Positions 59,565-64,000 of a stretch of 64,000 bases of DNA are shown here, piece by piece. Every line of letters starts with the position of its first letter. Positions within the stretch are counted from its first letter, which is position 1. Origin of the DNA: an uncultured delta proteobacterium (GTDB lineage Bacteria; Desulfobacterota; Desulfobaccia; Desulfobaccales; 0-14-0-80-60-11); the NCBI GenBank assembly GCA_963812015.1, contig CAWETI010000003.1:2130328-2194327 (forward strand), given 5' to 3'. Made by a program: the position numbers and the translations under genes. The notes beneath the pieces are model-generated. The model searched no databases, had not been told where the DNA came from, and saw nothing but the letters and a program-made list of their open reading frames with translations.

Positions 59565-59963
59565 TTAACCTGCCATAATTTTTATCTGTACCTTACGTGT
59601 CCGGGGCCCGTCGAATTCACAGAGAAAAACCCCCTGCCAGGTGCCCAAAAGCAGGCGACCGTTGTTCACCAGGACCGTGAGGCTGGACCCCATGAGGGAA
59701 GCCTTGATGTGCGCCGGCGAGTTGCCTTCGAGATGACGATAGGCCTCCCCATCGCTGATGATCTTGTTTAGGACCATGAGGATGTCCGCCTGGACACTGG
59801 GGTCGGCGTTCTCGTTGATGGTCAGGCCCGCGGTGGTGTGGGCCTCGAAGATGTGGCAGACCCCTTCCGTAACCCCGCTATCCCGCACCAGTTCCTGAAT
59901 CCGGCCGGTGATGTCCACCATCTCGGTGCGGCTGTGGGTGGGTACGCTCAACATGTGGATCAT
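59565..59963 (-). CDS. yjbQ: YjbQ/UPF0047 family protein
   Basis: HTTAGLTINENADP, HLEGNSPAHIKAS, LGTWQG, EFDGPRTR. Confidence 0.92.
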   Translation of the reverse strand: MIHMLSVPTHSRTEMVDITGRIQELVRDSGVTEGVCHIFEAHTTAGLTINENADPSVQADILMVLNKIISDGEAYRHLEGNSPAHIKASLMGSSLTVLVNNGRLLLGTWQGVFLCEFDGPRTRKVQIKIMAG

Positions 59964-59965
59964 GC

Positions 59966-61204
59966 TTACCTCCGGATGAGCCGCGACTCGCCGGGCGGGG
60001 CCACCAGCCCGGTAGCCGCCGGATGCTCCCGGGGTTGCTGGAGTTCCCACGCCAGGCGCAGGGCATACTGCACCAAGCTTTTCAGGAAAGGATTTTCCCC
60101 GGTGAGGACGCTCCGGTCCGCGGCCAACAGGTCCGACGCCGCGGCCCGGGCCCCCCGGGAGTCCTCCCCCCGCCCCGTCAGGTCCAGATAGTAGGCCATG
60201 GCCAGGAGGCGCCGGCCCCAATCGGTTCGGCTCTCAGGCGGGTACAGGGCCTGGGTGGCTTCATCCAGCACCGCGTCGACGCGGACCTGCTTCTGCTGAT
60301 CCGACAATACCAGGGGACTGGCCTCGACCTCCTTGAGCTTCACCAGCCAGGGGGCAATCTCCTCCGGCCCCGGCAGCCAGGCGTGGAACAGTGGGTCCAG
60401 GGCCAGTTGCCGGGATTGCTCCAGAAGCCGGCCCCGATCTCCGGCGGCCACGACGGGCAGCGTCTGCTCCAGGTCCGGGGCGGCCTCGGGGCGACCCCAG
60501 TGCCGGAAGATGTTCTCCCGCAGGACGCCATATTGGGAGGTCCCGGAGCCGGCCTCGGGGTGGTTCGTATAGGCCTGGTCCAGCAACTGCACTGCGTAAG
60601 CCGAAGGCGGGGAAAACCACTCAGTCAGGCCCTGCTCCCGAAATTTGTCCCAGAATTCCCCGTGCTGCTTGCGTTTCAGGGACAGCAGCACGCACTCCTT
60701 AAACCCTTCCCGGTCGCTGACCCGGGACACCAGGAAGTTGCCCCCCAGGATCTCCGGGGGCCCCTCCAGGACGACGTAACTTTCGCCGTGACCAAACACG
60801 GGGGACACAAATACCGCGGTCGTGCCGGGCCGGGACGTCCCGAGGCTCACCGCTTCCCGGGGCAGGAGATCATCCGGGACTGCCACCCCCCGGGTTTTGA
60901 GCCGGTGCAGGGTCTTCTGCAGGGCCTTGCGCCGGACCTTGTCCCGGGCCCCGCCAAAGCTCGCGGCCAAAAGAGGCGGGATAGCCGGGTGGTTCAGGGC
61001 CCCCAGGGCCGCCATCAGGTGCTCATCCCAGAGAGGGTCCTGGGGATCAGGGTTGATCTGCCCCGTAAGCGCCGCCAGGTCGCCCCCCGCGGCCAGGGCC
61101 GCAGCCACCCCGGCCACCTGGCTTTCCAGCCTGGCCCGGGCCTCCGGGGTCAGGGGCGCGAGATCGGCGGCACTCCGGGCCTTGGCCTTTTTTTGACGCG
61201 CCAT
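59966..61204 (-). CDS. Hypothetical protein
   Basis: 412-aa ORF coupled to pyrR and yjbQ. Confidence 0.75.
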   Translation of the reverse strand: MARQKKAKARSAADLAPLTPEARARLESQVAGVAAALAAGGDLAALTGQINPDPQDPLWDEHLMAALGALNHPAIPPLLAASFGGARDKVRRKALQKTLHRLKTRGVAVPDDLLPREAVSLGTSRPGTTAVFVSPVFGHGESYVVLEGPPEILGGNFLVSRVSDREGFKECVLLSLKRKQHGEFWDKFREQGLTEWFSPPSAYAVQLLDQAYTNHPEAGSGTSQYGVLRENIFRHWGRPEAAPDLEQTLPVVAAGDRGRLLEQSRQLALDPLFHAWLPGPEEIAPWLVKLKEVEASPLVLSDQQKQVRVDAVLDEATQALYPPESRTDWGRRLLAMAYYLDLTGRGEDSRGARAAASDLLAADRSVLTGENPFLKSLVQYALRLAWELQQPREHPAATGLVAPPGESRLIRR

Positions 61205-61758
61205 CAAGGCCTGGCCGGAGGGCCCAATTCGATGGCCACTTCGTCGGGCCGTCCCATCTCCGTCATATAAACGTTGACTCGCTGGCCCGGGGGCAACTCC
61301 CCGGCCCGCCCGACATAATCCGGCTGGATGGGCAACTCCCGGCCGCCCCGGTCCACCAGCACCGCCAACTCGATGCGTCGGGGCCGCCCGTAGTCGATGA
61401 GGGCGTCCAGGGCCGCTCGGATGGTGCGCCCGGTGAACAGCACATCGTCCACCAGCACCACGTTCTGGTCGTCAATGGAGCCCGGCAGTTCCGTCTTGCC
61501 CACCAGGGGCTTGTGGCTGAGCTGGGTCCAGTCGTCCCGGTAGAGGGTGATATCCAGCACCCCCACCCGCACCGGCCGGGAAGTCCGCTTGATAATGTTG
61601 GCGGCCAGCCGTTGGGCCAGAAAGGCCCCCCCGGTCCGGATGCCCACCAACACCAGTTCGTCCTGGTTCCGGTGGTTCGCCATGATCTCATCGGTGAGGC
61701 GCTCCAGGGTCTGTTCCAAATCCCGGGCGGACATCGCTAAAGTCTTGTTTTGCGTCAT
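61204..61758 (-). CDS. pyrR: Pyrimidine regulatory protein / uracil phosphoribosyltransferase
   Basis: LDITLYRDD, VLVDDVLFTGRTIRAALDAL, VDRGGRELPIQPDYVG. Confidence 0.95.
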   Translation of the reverse strand: MTQNKTLAMSARDLEQTLERLTDEIMANHRNQDELVLVGIRTGGAFLAQRLAANIIKRTSRPVRVGVLDITLYRDDWTQLSHKPLVGKTELPGSIDDQNVVLVDDVLFTGRTIRAALDALIDYGRPRRIELAVLVDRGGRELPIQPDYVGRAGELPPGQRVNVYMTEMGRPDEVAIELGPPARP

Positions 61759-62320
61759 AGAATTCCTACTTCCCCTTTTCCTGGACCTGGCGCACCCGGG
61801 ATTGCGGTGCCGCATCCCCTCCGCCGGGAAATTATGGACCAGTTCCGGATAATGTTCCCTTACTGCTGCATCTGATCGCCGGGCGCCAACCGTTTACCGG
61901 CCAACCTCACCCCCGGACCGACCCGGGGCCATCACAACCTCGGCGGCCGTCGATCCCCCTCCATAAAGGCAACTAGGTGATTTTTTTATGTTACCATGAT
62001 TTCCGGCAGATGACAAGTAATGCCGGGCTCCGGTTAAACCGGCGAAATTTCGGCCGGACCCCGGGCCCGCGGCTGTCTGGTTGGCCAGGAAGTGATTCGC
62101 GGTTATAATGAAGCAAATTCGGCCCGGGGCCGATAATGGTAAAGATGGGGGTTGATTGCTTCCCTGAGGGAGGTGGTCTTCGCCCCCCACGAGACTATGA
62201 CCCTTAAAGAAGTTGTGCCGAGAAAGCGCATGGCGGACTCGAAGACCCACCCGGCCAACCTGTTCCAGATTATGGGTGCGTCTTAGGCTTCTGCATGGCT
62301 GCTCCGTTTCATAACCCCAC

Positions 62321-62644
62321 ATGCCTATGACCCTGGAAGAAGCCCGGGAGCTCCTGAGTCTGGGACTCAAGGCCACCAAAAAGGAGGTCAAGACGGCCTA
62401 TCGCCGGGCCGCCCGCCGCTGGCATCCGGACCGCGCCCCGGCCGGCGAAGAAGTAACCTACCGGTCCCACATGCAGCAGGTTAACGCGGCCTACCAGCGG
62501 ATAGTCCAATTCATCGAGGATTATCCCTACGACCTGGTGGAGAGCGCCGGCCCCGAGGACGTCCAGAAGTGGTGGGCCGACCGCTTTTACACCGGGGTGT
62601 GGGGGCCGCCGCCCCCCAAAGAACCAGGCGGCAAGGACGACTGA
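62321..62644 (+). CDS. Small J-domain protein
   Basis: AYRRAARRWHPD, MQQVNAAY. Confidence 0.88.
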   Translation: MPMTLEEARELLSLGLKATKKEVKTAYRRAARRWHPDRAPAGEEVTYRSHMQQVNAAYQRIVQFIEDYPYDLVESAGPEDVQKWWADRFYTGVWGPPPPKEPGGKDD

Positions 62645-63438
62645 TGGCGCTCCGCAAACTCCTGCTGCTCTGCATCGTGCTCCACCTGGCCCTGGCTGCC
62701 GTCGCGCTGGCGGCCCCGGCCGCGCCGGCCATCCGGGAAAATCTCGACTATCAGGTCAGCCTGGGACCGTGGGACGATGTGGCCAGGGTGCACCTGACGC
62801 TCAAGGAGTTGGCGCCGGGACATTACCTGGCGGAGTTTGCCGGCGCGGCCCAGGGGATGTGGAAGTTGTTGAGCCGCTGGCTGCCCGAGCGCTACCAGAC
62901 CGAGATGGTCTATCGGGAGGGCCGGCTGTTCCCTCTGGTCTATCGAGAAGAATTTATCAGCAAGGGCCAGCATGTCGCCAAAGAGTACCGCTTCGACTAC
63001 GAGGGCCACCACCTGAGCCTCTGGCGCCAGATCGACGGCGGCGAAAGGGTCAAGAAATGGGAAGTGGACCTGAAGGACCCGGTGTACGACCTCTTGACCC
63101 TGTTTTACAACGTCCGCCTGGGCAACTTTGGGCCCCTGCCCGGTGGCACATCCCTGCGGGTGGCCGTCCTGCCCACCCCCGAACCCCAGGAACTGGTCTT
63201 TCGTATCGGGGACGTCACCGACCAGGGCCGCAAGGTGATGTTGGACCACCGCCTGCCGGAATCATCCGTCGTGGACCACTATTTTATCTACCTCAGCCCG
63301 GAGCAGGTGCCCACCCTGGGCTGGACCCGGGTGACCCTCTTCGGCAAGCTCATGGGTCGCTTGCTCAATGCCGGGGAGATCAGGAAAGGGGGGCTCCTGG
63401 CCCTGAACCCGCCCGCCGCCCCGGCCGCCAGCCGGTGA
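62644..63438 (+). CDS. DUF3108-like exported protein
   Basis: Signal peptide; ENLDY, PLVYREE, YRFDY, YDLLTLFYNVR. Confidence 0.7.
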   Translation: MALRKLLLLCIVLHLALAAVALAAPAAPAIRENLDYQVSLGPWDDVARVHLTLKELAPGHYLAEFAGAAQGMWKLLSRWLPERYQTEMVYREGRLFPLVYREEFISKGQHVAKEYRFDYEGHHLSLWRQIDGGERVKKWEVDLKDPVYDLLTLFYNVRLGNFGPLPGGTSLRVAVLPTPEPQELVFRIGDVTDQGRKVMLDHRLPESSVVDHYFIYLSPEQVPTLGWTRVTLFGKLMGRLLNAGEIRKGGLLALNPPAAPAASR

Positions 63439-63451
63439 GGAGTTAGACCGT

Positions 63452-64000
63452 TTGCGATATCGAGCCTGGCCTGCACGCGCCCTCCCCTGCCTGGTCCTCC
63501 TGCTCCTGGCCCGGCTGTGGCTGCCGGTCCATCCGGCCCTGGCGGCCCCGCCGATCCTGGAAGATTTGCACTACCGGCTGTCGGCCCTGGCCTGGCAGGA
63601 TGCCGCCCGGCTCCGGCTCACCTTAAAGCGCCTGGGTCCGGGGCGCTTTGTGGCGGAAGCCATCGGGGAACCCCAGGGCGTTATCAAGCTTTTTACCGGC
63701 GAGCGCCGGGAGCGTCTCGAAACCGAGATGGTCTGGCGGGAGGATCGCCTCCTGCCGCTCATTTACCGGGAAGAGTCCAGGCGGGGCAAAAAACGCCGCC
63801 TGAAAGAATACCGCTTCGATTATTCCCAGGGCCGGCTAGAATTGTGGGAGTGGCACGAAGGCAAGGGCCTGCTGAAAAAATGGCAAACCACCCTATCCGC
63901 CCCGGTCTATGACCCCTTGACCGCCTTCTACAACTGCCGCCTGGGGATCTTGGGGCCCACCCGGGAAGGGGAGACCGGCACCATCCCGGGGATTCCCTAC
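63452..64000 (+). CDS. Second DUF3108-like paralog (runs off window end)
   Basis: TTG start after GAGGAG; own translation shows EDLHY, PLIYREE, KEYRFDY, YDPLTAFYNCRLG, paralogous to the upstream gene. Confidence 0.72.
   Translation, partial: MRYRAWPARALPCLVLLLLARLWLPVHPALAAPPILEDLHYRLSALAWQDAARLRLTLKRLGPGRFVAEAIGEPQGVIKLFTGERRERLETEMVWREDRLLPLIYREESRRGKKRRLKEYRFDYSQGRLELWEWHEGKGLLKKWQTTLSAPVYDPLTAFYNCRLGILGPTREGETGTIPGIPY

Overview
A 64 kb window from a GC-rich anaerobic deltaproteobacterium; gene content and order suggest a Desulfobacca-like lineage (inference). 0-12.8 kb: one tightly coupled operon of TonB-dependent receptor, BtuFCD-like importer, ABC-2 pair, CobN and a ChlI-ChlD fusion (corrinoid/tetrapyrrole uptake plus chelation). 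12.8-18.8 kb: a complete type I restriction-modification locus (hsdRMS) preceded by an uncalled 58-aa gene. About 19.3-29.4 kb: a lower-GC composite accessory region centred on an orphan 3' half of tRNA-Arg(UCU), which looks like an att site. Left of it is an integrase-less, satellite-like replicon (Cro-like HTH, Xis/AlpA-like HTH, 1044-aa primase-DUF3987 protein, two clusters of TGCAGACAT iterons, a structured leader RNA). Right of it are AT-rich orphan genes separated by a 44-bp direct repeat. 29.4-64 kb: mostly core genome (ParA with an unusual small partner, muramidase, CBS proteins, c-di-GMP enzymes, gltX, prfA-prmC, ilvBNC-psd-pssA-leuA-leuC, pyrR, DUF3108 pair). It carries REP-like palindromes and short tandem repeats, a palindromic element inserted in frame in prmC, and a self-contained leaderless 43-aa membrane peptide gene. 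No CRISPR array, rRNA, intact tRNA, integrase or transposase was seen. All calls were made by eye from motifs; no database search was run.
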